NCBI RefSeq assembly: GCF_004010195.1
Contig: NC_057717.1
Coordinates: 32,763,469-32,815,628, forward strand
Origin: Chiloscyllium plagiosum
Lineage: Eukaryota
Reading direction: 5' to 3'
Length of the DNA stretch: 52,160 nt
Shown: piece after piece, positions 12,309 through 24,152 of the stretch
Numbering within the stretch: the stretch's first letter is position 1
How the letters are laid out: each line of letters begins with the position of its first letter
Notes under the pieces: generated by a model
The model's database searches: none
The model's input: only the letters and a program-made list of their open reading frames with translations
What the model was told of the DNA's origin: nothing
Made by a program: the position numbers and the translations under genes

Positions 12309-12946
12309 GGTTAGTTGAGTGGTCAGCAGGCTGCAGGGCTGGATGGCTGAGAGGTGGGTAGTGTGCCAGGCTGGTAAGTTGAAAGGTGAGGGCAGTGCGG
12401 AGATGGTTGGGTTGAGGTGGGCTGGCTGCTAGGCTGGTTTGTTGAGTTGTCAACAGGGTACCAGGCTGGTCAGTTGAGAGAAGGGCAGGGTGTCAGGCTG
12501 GTTAGTTGAGAGTTCAATAGGGTATCAGTCTGGTTAGTTCAGTGCTGCTCAGGGTATCGGAGCGGTTAGTTGAGAATTTGGCAGAGTACCTGGGTGTTTA
12601 GTTGAGAAGTGGGCAGTGTGCCGGGCTCTTTAGTTGAGATTTTGGCAGGATGTCAGACTGGTTATTTGAGAGGTCGGAAGAGTGTCGGACTGGTTAATTG
12701 AGAGGTGGTCGGGTGTTTGGCTGGGGTTTGAGTGGGAAGCAGGGTGCTGGGCTGGTTGTTTGAGCGGTTTGCAGGGTGTCGGACTGATTAGTTGAGAGGT
12801 GAGCAGGGTGCCAGCCTGGTTATTTGAGAGGTGGGCAGGCTGTTGGGTTGGTTAGTTGAGAGGTGGACAGTGTGTCAGGCTGGTTAGTTGACAGGTGGGT
12901 GACCAGTCTGGTTGGTGATTTGAGTGGCTCAGAAAGGTATTCGGCT
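12309..12946 (+). repeat. G-rich 32-bp minisatellite, about 20 degenerate units (switch-region-like), upstream of Cmu1 copy 2
   Basis: Units align to the consensus GGTTAGTTGAGAGGTGGGCAGGGTGTCAGGCT, with strong G/T skew on the + strand. Confidence 0.92.
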
Positions 12947-13659
12947 GTGGATATGATGACAAAACGTAAAGCTCGGAGTTTGACGAAGTCATAGGCGGAT
13001 AAAGGGAAGTCGGGAAAAGAGCCATAATGCAATATGCACAGGTTGACTTGGGTAAGTTGAGAGTTCAGTGGTGAAGGTCTAAGGTCATGTCCGAGGGAGT
13101 GGCGTCCTGTCAGGGATTGTCAAAATTCTGGTGCCAGGACCAGGTTCACCACGGACCAGGTGCAGGGTGGCAGGGGTGGAATTGAGTGAAAGGAATCGGG
13201 ATTACTTTCTCGTCCATAATATGGATTGTCTTGAATGTGTGTTATGCCTTGTGATGGGAATCCTGTCTTCCAAGGGTGAATGAGTGTATCACAGTGTAGG
13301 GATTGTCAAAGTGAATGGAAAGTGACGTCGAGACAGAAAGTCAGAGCAGTGATTAATCTGACAGATTAGAGTTTTGCAATAAACTGCGTGTCAGTTTGAT
13401 AGTTATTGAAGTTAAAGAGTATTTGTTAATTTCTCGAATCATATTTACATAAATGCTCAGTTCAGCTAGCTGTCACACTCCAAAGTCTCCGAACCTTTAA
13501 TGGTCCTCTTTGTTTCAGAGGCCCCCAGAATTCAGATAATTGTCAAGTCGATCAATGAGCTTCCAGGCAATTAGCATGATATCAGCTGTGACAGATATTC
13601 TCTCAGGCCCAGTGCTCTGCAACTGCCTTATTTCTAGAGGGCGGATTTTGGCTGACATT

Positions 13660-13775
13660 GATAAGCTGGGAAGGTACAATGGACTCGAAACGTTCACTCT
13701 GGTTTCTCTCCACAGATGCTGCCAGTTGTCGGGTTTCTCCAGCAACTTCGGTTTTCATTTCCAATTCCAACTTCC
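13660..13775 (+). mobile_element. Degenerate Penelope-type terminal remnant
   Basis: gactcgaaacgttcactctggtttctctccacagatgctgccag...tccagcaacttcggtttt, with the same cgaaacgt...gatgctgcc...tccagca layout as the other Penelope termini. Confidence 0.55.
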
Positions 13776-14114
13776 ACGTTTTCTTGGTTTGTATTTTGTG
13801 AAAACTCTATGCTCGTCACTTGCAATCCAATGAAAGTGTCAGTTGGTGAGATTTTCAGCAGTTACTCTTCGTCAGATCAAGGTGTTCCTATTTCTAAATT
13901 AAATAGTAATGGTCAAGGTAGAGGGCATGTTTCTTCAGAGGGAACCAATAGATCATGATCAACGACTGATTGGAAACAAAAATAAATTCAAGGTATACTA
14001 AAGGTGTTAGCAGGAACACACTGGTATACGTTTACAACTGAGGAAACATTTGGGTAACCAAAAAGGTCGAATTAACAGAAACTAACTTGCTCAACTGGTC
14101 ATTCTATCCTTGAG

Positions 14115-14421
14115 ACTGCATCTCCCCCTAAACTTTATGGACTTGTCTTCTCCTGTCAGCAACACAACACTGACGGTTCTGTGATCTTTGGTTGTTTGGC
14201 CATGGACTATAACACTGACGTTACCAAGGTGACCTGGAAGAAAGGTGGAGTGCCAATCACGACTGCAGTGAAGACTTATCCATCCGTGAGGAACAACAAG
14301 GGAACTTACACCCTGAGCAGCCAGTTGACCCTGCCTGAGTCAGAGGCAGATTGCAGCGAACTCTCCTGTGAGGTTCAACACAGCGGGTCAAAGCAGAGCA
14401 CTGGAATGCTGTGTAAATCTT
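14115..14421 (+). pseudogene. IGHM: IgM Cmu1 exon (copy 2), open reading frame
   Basis: Reads [102 protein letters not shown]. The C1-set Cys/Trp/Cys and shark Cmu1 motifs are present. Exact splice boundaries are inferred. Confidence 0.92.
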
Positions 14422-14619
14422 GTAGGAACTGAGGTGAACAGCACACCTGTGGTTAACATGAATAGGGCATTAGTTATAACACATTTGACATCGTCATAGA
14501 GATATAGAGTACAGGAAAAGTTCCTGTGGTCCATCCAGTCCACACCTGTCAATAACAGCACCCTAACTATTCCAGTCCAGTATATCCGCAATTGACGCAT
14601 TGCTTTGTGTGACTTGACA

Positions 14620-16300
14620 TTTCTTATGTGCATCTGCATATTTCTCACATGTTATGCGGTGCCTAAACTCTTCAAGACTTACTCACACTGAGCTGCAGAT
14701 TCACACACTCTGTGTGATTTTGGTTTCCCCAATATCCTCCTGTCCTTACCTTAACCCTATGCCCTTGAGACATTGCTCCATCCATTCAGGGGAAAGGATT
14801 TGTCTTGTTTACTCTGTGTATGTCTACCGTAATTCGAGACATCACAATCATCTTCTCTCTCATTCTTCTCTGTTCCAAGTAAAACCCCAGTGTGGTTAAT
14901 GACATTCCATAACTTAAAAACTTCCAGTCCAGGAAAAGTCCTGGAAAATCTCAATAATGCTGCCTTCTGTCTAATCACATTCCTTCCATAACATGCAGTC
15001 CTATACATCACACAATGCTTCATGTCTGGCCTAACCAGTGTTTTATTAATTTCCAGTATCATCTCCCAACACCTAATGTAAATGTCTTGGATCATTAAAG
15101 CTATTACCCGACACACATTCTTAGTCTTTTTATCCACCTGCCACATTACTACAAGGGATCGATGGGCATGCACACCAAAAATCCTCAGTTCTTTTCACGG
15201 TTCCACCATTCAAAACATAATACGTCTTAGTTTCTTCTGACCAAGTGCATCACCTTACACTTATCCAGAATGATTTCCATTTTCTATCTCTTAACACAAG
15301 CAGCCAACCCTTCTGTACCTTGCTGCAATCTAAAGCTATCATGCTCACTACTTACCAACACGGCAATTTTCGTTTCATCTGTGAACTTACTGGCCAAATC
15401 TCTTGCATTGTATTCTAAATCGAGTTTACATAATAGAAACATCAATAAATCAACACTGATCCCTGCAGAACACCACGAGACATTTACTCCCATCCACACA
15501 AACATTCTATGACCATTACCCTCTGCACTCCGCCATTCAGCTAACTCAGTATTCAATTAATCAAATTAACTTGATCTCATCTGGCTCTGATCTTTACTAT
15601 CAACTGGAAATCGACTTACGTCTTCGATAACTAACATGACTTCCCCTCAATGAAATCGTGCTGACAATTTTTGATTAACCTTCCAGATGAAGGTTAATTC
15701 CCCTCTCCATAGTTACAATGTTTTCCCTACTACAATGCCGAACTTAAGCCGAGCCTGTGGTTTCATTGCTTTTCTCTTCGTCTGTCCTGCAAAACAATAC
15801 CACATTGGCAGTTTTACCATATCCCCAGGTGGCCAGGATTTATAAATTGTTGCCAGCCACCCACGACTTCATCCTTTGTTTGGCATACATTTTATCTACC
15901 CTGGAAATATTACTATTTTTTCATCCAGCAACACAGCACATCACATCATCTATCCTAATTTCTGAAAAAAAATCACAACACTTCACAATGTTTTCTATGT
16001 CCACATATTCCCTCACACTGGTGAACATCAACAATCTTCACCGCTCCCACTCCATCTTCATTTTTCCCTGTCTCACTTGAAGGCATTACATTTGGAATAT
16101 TGAACTGCCACTCCTGCCCCTCTCTCAGCATGTCTCCATGATTTCAATTGCACACTTCCTCCTTTGTACCGTTAACTCATCAGCATTGTTTATCATACTC
16201 CTTTCATTAAAATGAATACCATCCAAACTTGCTATCTCTCCCTCTGACTTAACTGGCCTATCATTTTTGTGCCTTATTGACCTCCTTGCTCTACCTCTAA
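14620..16300 (-). mobile_element. Old degenerate CR1 fragments in the Cmu1-Cmu2 intron (paralogue ~35330-36670)
   Basis: Minus-strand remnants SKFTDETKIA and KTLVRPDMKHCV, plus a CR1 3' region. Confidence 0.7.
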
Positions 16301-16453
16301 TTTTAGCATGACATTGTCATTATCACATCGCCCGTCTAATTGTACTGTGTTGATCTCAGCTTCTATAGCACTCTGGACAATTATGATGTTGGTAACATCA
16401 AGGTTCGTATCTATTAACCACAATAAACTTTGTTGCAAAAGAACTGAATGTAT

Positions 16454-16770
16454 GCTGTGGTTCTGTTCGCCGAGCTGGAAGTTTTTGTTGCAAATGTTTC
16501 TTCCCCTGTCTAGATGACATCCTCAGTGCTTGGCAGCCACCTGTGAAGCGCTTTTGTGGTGTTTCCTCCGGCATTTATAGTGGCCTGTCCCTGCGCTTCC
16601 GGTTGTCAGTTTCAGCTGTCCGCTGTAGTGGCCGGTATATTGGGTCCAGGTCGATGTGTTTGTTGGTGGAGTTTGTGGATGAGGACATGCCGCAACCCAA
16701 AGGACTAGCCACACTACCATACATCAAGAACATCTCTGAAATGACAGCCAGACTACTGCGACCACTAGGA
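16454..16770. mobile_element. Penelope-like element (inverted terminal segment plus RT C-terminal fragment), running into a gap
   Basis: 16454-16683 is antisense to the terminus at 26073-26345. It is followed on + by LATLPYIKNISEMTARLLRPLG, the PLE region between RT and GIY-YIG. Confidence 0.85.
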
Positions 16771-17254
16771 NNNNNNNNNNNNNNNNNNNNNNNNNNNNNN
16801 NNNNNNNNNNNNNNNNNNNNNNNNNNNNNNNNNNNNNNNNNNNNNNNNNNNNNNNNNNNNNNNNNNNNNNNNNNNNNNNNNNNNNNNNNNNNNNNNNNNN
16901 NNNNNNNNNNNNNNNNNNNNNNNNNNNNNNNNNNNNNNNNNNNNNNNNNNNNNNNNNNNNNNNNNNNNNNNNNNNNNNNNNNNNNNNNNNNNNNNNNNNN
17001 NNNNNNNNNNNNNNNNNNNNNNNNNNNNNNNNNNNNNNNNNNNNNNNNNNNNNNNNNNNNNNNNNNNNNNNNNNNNNNNNNNNNNNNNNNNNNNNNNNNN
17101 NNNNNNNNNNNNNNNNNNNNNNNNNNNNNNNNNNNNNNNNNNNNNNNNNNNNNNNNNNNNNNNNNNNNNNNNNNNNNNNNNNNNNNNNNNNNNNNNNNNN
17201 NNNNNNNNNNNNNNNNNNNNNTGTCAGATAATTTATACGATGTTTTTCATAAAG

Positions 17255-17310
17255 GTCCACTTCTCCAACAACCCTTCTTCTGATCATGAGTCCCAGTGAA
17301 GAAATCGCAA
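17255..17310 (+). pseudogene. IGHM: IgM Cmu2 exon, 5' portion (copy 2)
   Basis: tttttcataaag| acceptor, then SPTTLLLIMSPSEEIA. It joins SSRFATIVC at 21528 once the CR1 is removed. Confidence 0.85.
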
Positions 17311-20300
17311 CATAGAACATATAACATAGAACAATACAGCACAGAACAGGCCTTTCGGCACATGATGTTGTGCCGAACATTTGTCCTAGCTTAAGCACCT
17401 ATCCATGTACCTATCCAATTGCCACTTAAAGGTCATCAATGATTCTGACTCTGCCACTCCCACAGGCAGCGCATACCATGCCCCCCCCACTCTCTGGGGA
17501 AAGAACATACCCCTGACATCTCCCCTATACCTTCCACCCTTCACCTTTATTTTTTTGTCGCCTTGTAACACTCTGTTGTACCTGGGGAATAAGCCTCTGA
17601 CTGTCTACTCTATCTATTACCCTAATCATCTTATAAACCTCTATCAAGTCACCCCTCATCTTTCGCCGTTCCAATGAGAAAAGGCCTAGCACTGTCAACC
17701 TATCCTCGTACGACCGATTCTCTATTCCAGGCAACATCCTGGTAAATCTCATCTGTACCCTCTCCAAAGCTTCCACATCTTTCCTAAAATGAGGCAACCA
17801 GAACTGCACACAGTACTCCAGGTCCTGTACAGCTGCAACATCACCTCACGACTCTTGAATTCAATCCCTCTGCTAATGTACATTACTACGCCACAGGCCT
17901 TCTTACAATCTCTATCCACCTGAGTGGCAAGTTTCAAAAAGCTATGAACATAGACCCCAAGATCCCTCTGCTCCTCCAACTTACTAAGAACCCTACCGTT
18001 AACCCTGTACTCCGCATTCTTATTTGTCTTTCCAAAATGGACAACCTCACACTTGACAGGGTTGAACTCCATCTTCCACTCCTCAACCAAGCTCTGCATC
18101 ATATCTAAGTCCCTTTGCAGCCGACAACAGCCCTCCTCACTACCTAAAAACTCCACCAATCTTCGTATCGTCTGCAAAATTTCCTGACACAACGTTCGAA
18201 TCCCTCTTCCAAGTCATTAATAAACATTACAAACAGCAGAGGACCCAGAACTGATCCCTGCGGAACTCCACTTGTAACTGGGCTCCAGGCTGAATATTTA
18301 CCATCTACCACCACTCTCTGACTTCGACCGATTAGCCAGTTCTCTATACAGCTGGCCAAATTTCCCACTATCCCATGCTACCTGACTTTCCGCATAAGCC
18401 TACCATGGGGAACCTTATCAAATGCCTTCTTAAAATCCATGTACATTACATCCACTGTTCTACCCTCTTCCACATGCTTGGTCACCTCCTCAAAGAATTC
18501 AATAAGACTTGTACGGCAAGACCTACCCCTCACAAATACTTTCTGGCTGTCCCTAATCAAGCAATGTCTTTCCAGATACTCATAAATTCTATCCCTCAGT
18601 ACCCTTTCCATTACTTTGCCTATCACCGAAGTAAGACTAACTGGCCTATAATTCCCGGGGTTATCCCTATTCCCTTTTTTGAACAGGGATGTAACATCCG
18701 TCACTCTCCAGTGCCCTGGTACCACCCTCGTTGACAGTGAAGACGAATAGATCATTGCCAACGGCTCTGCAATTTCTCTCTTGCTTCTCACATAATCCTA
18801 GGATATATCCCGCCAGGCCCGGGGGACTTGTCTTTCCTCAAGTTTTTCAAAATGCCCAACACATCTTCCTTCCGAACAAGTATCTCCTCCAGCTTACCAG
18901 TCTGTTTCATACTCTCCTCTTCAACAATACGGTCACTCTCATTTGTAAATACTGAAGAAAAGTACTCATTCAAGACCTCTCCTGTCTCTTCCGACTCAAC
19001 ACACAGTCCCCCACTACTGTCCTTGATCGAACCTACCCTCGTTCTCGTCATTCTCATGTTTCTCACATACGTATAAAAGGCCTTGGGGTTATCCTTGATC
19101 CTCCCCGCCAAATATTTTTCATGCCATCTCTAAGCTCTCCTAATCCCTTTCTTCAGCTCCCTCCTGGCTATCCTGTATCCCTCCAATGCTCGTCTGAACC
19201 TTGTTTCCTCAACCTTATGTAAGCCTTCTTTTTCCTCTTTACAGGACATTCAACCTCCCTCCTCAACCAAGGTTCCCTCACACGACCATCTCTTTCCTGC
19301 CTGACAGGTACATACATATCAAGGGCACGTCGTATTCGTTCCTTGAAACATTTCCACATTTCAATGACATCCTTCCCTGACAGCCTATGCTCCCAACTTA
19401 TGCTCCTCAGATCTTGTCTTGCAGCACTCCCTCATCCAAGTCATTAATAAAAATTACGAACAGCAGAGGACCCAGAACTGATCCCTGCGGAACTCCACTT
19501 GTAACTGGGCTCCAGGCTGAATATTTACCATCTACCACCACTCTCTGACTTCGATTGGTTAGCCAGTTCTCTATCCAACTGGCCAAATTTCCCACTATCC
19601 CATGCTACCTGACTTTCCGCATAAGCCTACCATGGGGAACCTTATCAAATGCCTTATTAAAATCCATGTACATTACATCCACTGATCTACCCTCATCCAC
19701 ATGCTTGGTCACCTCCTCAAAGAATTCAATAAGACTTGTACAGCAAGACCTACCCCTCACAAATCCTTGCTGGCTGTCCCTAATCATGCAGTGTCTTTCC
19801 AGATACTTATAAATCCTATCCATCAGTACCCTTTCCATTACTTTGCCTATCACCGAAGTAAGACTAAGTGGCCTATAATTCCAGGGGTTATCCCTATTCC
19901 CTTTTTTGAACAGGGATGCAACATTCGTCACTCTCCAGTGCCCTGGTACCACCCCCGTTGACAGTGAAGACGAATCGATCATTGCCAACGGCTCTGCAAT
20001 TTCTCTCTTGCTTCTCACATAATCCTAGGATATATCCCGCCAGGTCCGGGGGACTTGTCTATCCTCAAGTTTTTCAAAATGCCCAACACATCTTCCTTCC
20101 TAACAAGTATCTCCTCCAGCTTACCAGTCTGTTTAATACTCTCCTCTTCAACAATACGGTCACTCTCATTTGTAAATACTGAAGAAAAGTACTCATTCAA
20201 GACCTCTCCTATCTCTTCCGACTCAACACACAGTCCCCCACGACTGTCCTTGATCGAACCTACCCTCGTTCTCGTCATTCTCATGTTTCTCACATACGTA

Positions 20301-21527
20301 TAAAAGGCCTTGGGGTTATCCTTGATCCTACCCGCCAAAGATGTTTCATGCCATCTCTAAGCTCTCCTAATCCCTTTCTTCAGCTCCCTCCTGGCTATCC
20401 TGTATCCCTCCAACGCTCTGTCTGAACATTGTTCCCTCAACCTTATGTAAGCCTTCTTTTTCCTCTTTACAGGACATTCAACTCCCTCGTCAACCAAGGT
20501 TCCCTCACACGACCATCTCTTTCCTGCCTGACAGGTACATACATATCAAGGGAACGTCGTATTCGTTCCTTGAAACATTTCCACATTTCAATGACATCCT
20601 TCCCTGACAGCCTGTGCTCCCAACTTATGCTCCTCAGATCTTGACTTGCAGCATCGTATTTACCCTTCCCCCAATTGTAAAACCTACCCTGTTGCACGCA
20701 CCTATCTCTCTCCGTAACCAAGGTGAAAGTCTCAGAATTATGGTCACCATCACCAAAATGCTCATCCACTAACAAGCCCTTCACTTTTCCCGGTTCGTTA
20801 CCAAGTACCAAATCCAATATGGCCGCCCCTCTGGTCGGACAACCCACATACTGAGTTAGAAAGGATTCCTGGACACACTGCACAAACACCGCCCCGTCGA
20901 ATCTACTTGATTTAAAGAGCTTCCAATCAATATTTGGGAAGTTGAAATCGTCCATGACTACTACCCTGTGGCTTCTGCACTTTTCTAAAATCTGTTTCCC
21001 AATCTGTTTCTCCACATCTCTGCTGCTATTGGGTGGCCTATATAAAACACCCAACATGGTGACTGTTCCTTTCCTGTTTCTGACTTCATCCCATATTACC
21101 TCCAAAGGGAGATCCCCCTCGAACTGCCTTTCTACAACCGTTATACCATTTCTAATTAGCAACGCCACACACCCCTTCTTTTTTACCACCCTCCCTCATC
21201 TTATTGAAACATCTATAATCAGGGACCTCCAACAATCATTTCTGTCCCTCTTCTTTCTACGTTTCCGTGATGGCCACAACATCGTAGTCCCAAGTACCGA
21301 TCCACGCCTTAAGTTCACCCACCTTATTTCTGATACTCCTTGCGTTGAAGTATACACACTTGAACTCATCTCTGTGTCTGCAAGTATTCCCTGTCAGTAC
21401 TACTTTCTCCACAGCATCCCAACATTCTTGGACATCCTGAAAAACAGCTAACCTACTTGCTGGACTACAAGTCTGGATCCCATCCCCCTGCCAAATTAGC
21501 TTCAACCACCGCCCATGAAGAGTGCTA
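17311..21527 (-). mobile_element. CR1 LINE (5'-truncated, APE + RT) inserted antisense in Cmu2 copy 2, with an internal ~1227-bp tandem duplication
   Basis: Motifs YFNARSIRNK, VAITET, YRPPN, DFNFPNIDW, NYRPVSLTS, DFxKAFDKVPH and [10 protein letters not shown]. The (catagaa)-type 3' tail is at 17311. Paired ORFs are offset by 1227 bp. Confidence 0.95.
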
Positions 21528-21782
21528 GCAAGTAGTCGGTTTGCAACCATTGTCTGTTCAATCATTGAATTCCATCTGAAGCAAATCTCCATGATTTTGT
21601 TGAAAAATGACCAATCCGTGGATTCTGGTGTCTTCACATCTCCTGTGTGTGAGGTGAATGGGAATTTCTCGGTAATGAATCGGCTGACCGGCTGTTATGG
21701 CGAATGGTTCAACAGCGCATGTTTACCTGCCAGGTCACTCACGGAAAGAACACTCAAAGTCAAAACATCAGCACACCCCAGG
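21528..21782 (+). pseudogene. IGHM: IgM Cmu2 exon, 3' portion (copy 2)
   Basis: Reads [47 protein letters not shown]... The core Trp is lost and there is a 1-nt deletion before the second Cys. G|GTAAG donor. Confidence 0.9.
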
Positions 21783-21849
21783 GTAAGACATACATACGAG
21801 AGCACTAGAAATCATTCTGAACTCCGATGTGAATCAGATACACACATTT

Positions 21850-22931
21850 ATCAAACTTAGTCAACAGCACTAAAGTGTGCAGCATCGCATTCACAAACGT
21901 GTCATGCATTTCAGTTTGAGTGTGACATTAGCATTGCTCATAATTCAACATTATGTCTAATCAGAAGAGTATGTTTTCCTCTGTATTGAAGACATGTGAG
22001 CTGGCTTAACAGTCTTTTTTATAAAGTGGTTTGATGGCTGACCACACTTGGAGAGGCATTAGAGTGCCGAATCAATGCCTGGTGAGTTTATTTAGCGGCT
22101 GGGGAGGGGTGCTTGTCTTGTGTGGGCCGGAGCATTAGGGTCACAGTGGTATTATTTTGAAACTTAAAACATAGAGAAAGGCCGAGTTTTGCTGAACGTG
22201 GAGTTTTGACAAGTCGGCGAGAGTAGGACACGAGGGCATAGCCTCGAAGTCAATGGGTGCACCATTTGTAACTGAGGTGGGGAAGAATTTCTTCAGCCAG
22301 AGAGTGGTGGAATTCATTACCACAGACGGTTATGGAGGCCAAGTCAGTGACTGTATTTAAGATGGCGATTGATCGGTAAGGACATGGAGAATCAAACTTA
22401 GTCAACAGCACGAAAGTGTGCAGCATCGCATTCACAAACGTGTCATGCATTTCAGTTTGAGTGTGACATTAGCATTGCTCATAATTCAACATTATGTCTA
22501 ATCAGAAGAGTATGTTTTCCTCTGTATTGAAGACATGTGAGCTGGCTTAACAGTCTTTTTTATAAAGTAGTTTGATGGCTGACCACACTTGGAGAGGCAT
22601 TCGAGTGCCGAATCCATGCCTGGTGAGTTCATGTAGCGGGTGGGTAGGGGTGCTTGTCTTGTGTGGGCCGGGGCATTAGGGTCACAGTGGTATTATTTTG
22701 AAACTTAAAACATAGAGAAAGGGCGAGTTTGGGTGAACGTGGAGTTTGGACAAGTCGGCGAGAGTAGGACACAAGGGCATAGCCTCGAAGTCAATGGGTG
22801 CACCATTTGTAACTGAGGTGGGGAAGAATTTCTTCAGTCAGAGAGTGGTGGAATTCTCTCCCACAGACGGTTATGGAGGCCAAGTCAGTGACTGTATTTA
22901 AGATGGCGATTGATCGGTAAGGACATGGAGA
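21850..22931 (+). repeat. Direct tandem duplication, 2 x ~541 bp, specific to copy 2
   Basis: atcaaacttagtcaac...ggacatggaga occurs at 21850-22390 and 22391-22931, but only once in copies 1 and 3. Confidence 0.92.
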
Positions 22932-24152
22932 AGGCTGGAGAATGTGGGAGAGAAACATATCACACATGATCGAATGGCAGGGCAGACTCGATTGGCCGAA
23001 TTGCCTCATTCTGCTACTATATCTTACTATCTTGTGGTCTCAAAATAACAAGGTAAAATATGCAGTGACCCTTTTTGCAAAATAAATCAAAATGTGTTCA
23101 ATGCTTCATTTCCTGCTCAGGAATGACCTGTTGGACTTGGGCATTGTACATCATAGATTTTATCTGGTAGTGAGCTCTTTAACTTCATTCATGGGAGCAG
23201 GCCGCAGAGCAAGTTGCTATCACATTTGATCAATCCGGATAAACAGGACCTAATTGAAACTCTTTAAGGTACTCTCTGCAATTAGTGGATGTGGCAGGAG
23301 AAAACATTTTAGTGGGATGGCTGCAGTAGCGATGAACGAACGAGGAATTAGAGTCAGGCCTATTCAGCCTGGTGTCAGGATGGAGATGTTCACACAGTGA
23401 TCAGTGGAAGTCTGAATAATGCTCACGCAAATTTCCATTAATTTGTATAAAAAATGTTAGATACACGTATTTGTTTTGTTTTTATTCTCCTAAGAAATTC
23501 AATTTTTGGTTTTTAGACCTACCACAAATTTGACAGGAGGAATAATATCTCATGTTATGTTTTTGAGAATGATCTCACACCAATAATACAAATAATTTAC
23601 AATAACGTTAAACACATTGAACAGAATTTCTGTGACTGATAACTGCCCCGTAACACCTTTAAACGCCTGCAAACGCATGAGAAAAAAGAAAATAATTATG
23701 ATTGATTACAGTTTGTTAAAAGTTGGGGATGGAATTTGACATTCAGAATGCCCAGCAGCATTTGCAAGTAAGTTTCATGAATATAGAAATGAAGTCGTTA
23801 TATTCGGATTAAGCTTGGCAAAAGTATCAAAGTATGGTCCTAAGTGAGAGAAGAGCTCTGAAAGGAAGGTAATTCCATGTGTCACGTCATGGTATCTTTG
23901 ATTTTACTTTTTCACAGGTTTCCCTAGTTACAAACCCAGAGTTCTTTATGAATGATTACATGGGTGATGTTATAGATAATAACAAATGTTTTCACAAATC
24001 AAAATATATCAGCAAGAGGAACCATCATTTCAGCAACATTTGGAAGCTGCCATGTCAAAGGTGGTTTCTTCACTTCATGAGTGAATAGCCTGAAGACTCG
24101 GTGTTTTGATCCTAAAGAGGCATTTTTCATTGATTTGATTTCTGTTTCAGAG

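Noticed and set aside
12309-12946. 32-bp periodicity suggesting a CRISPR array
   Set aside because: The units are contiguous and degenerate with no unique spacers, there are no cas genes, and the context is vertebrate.
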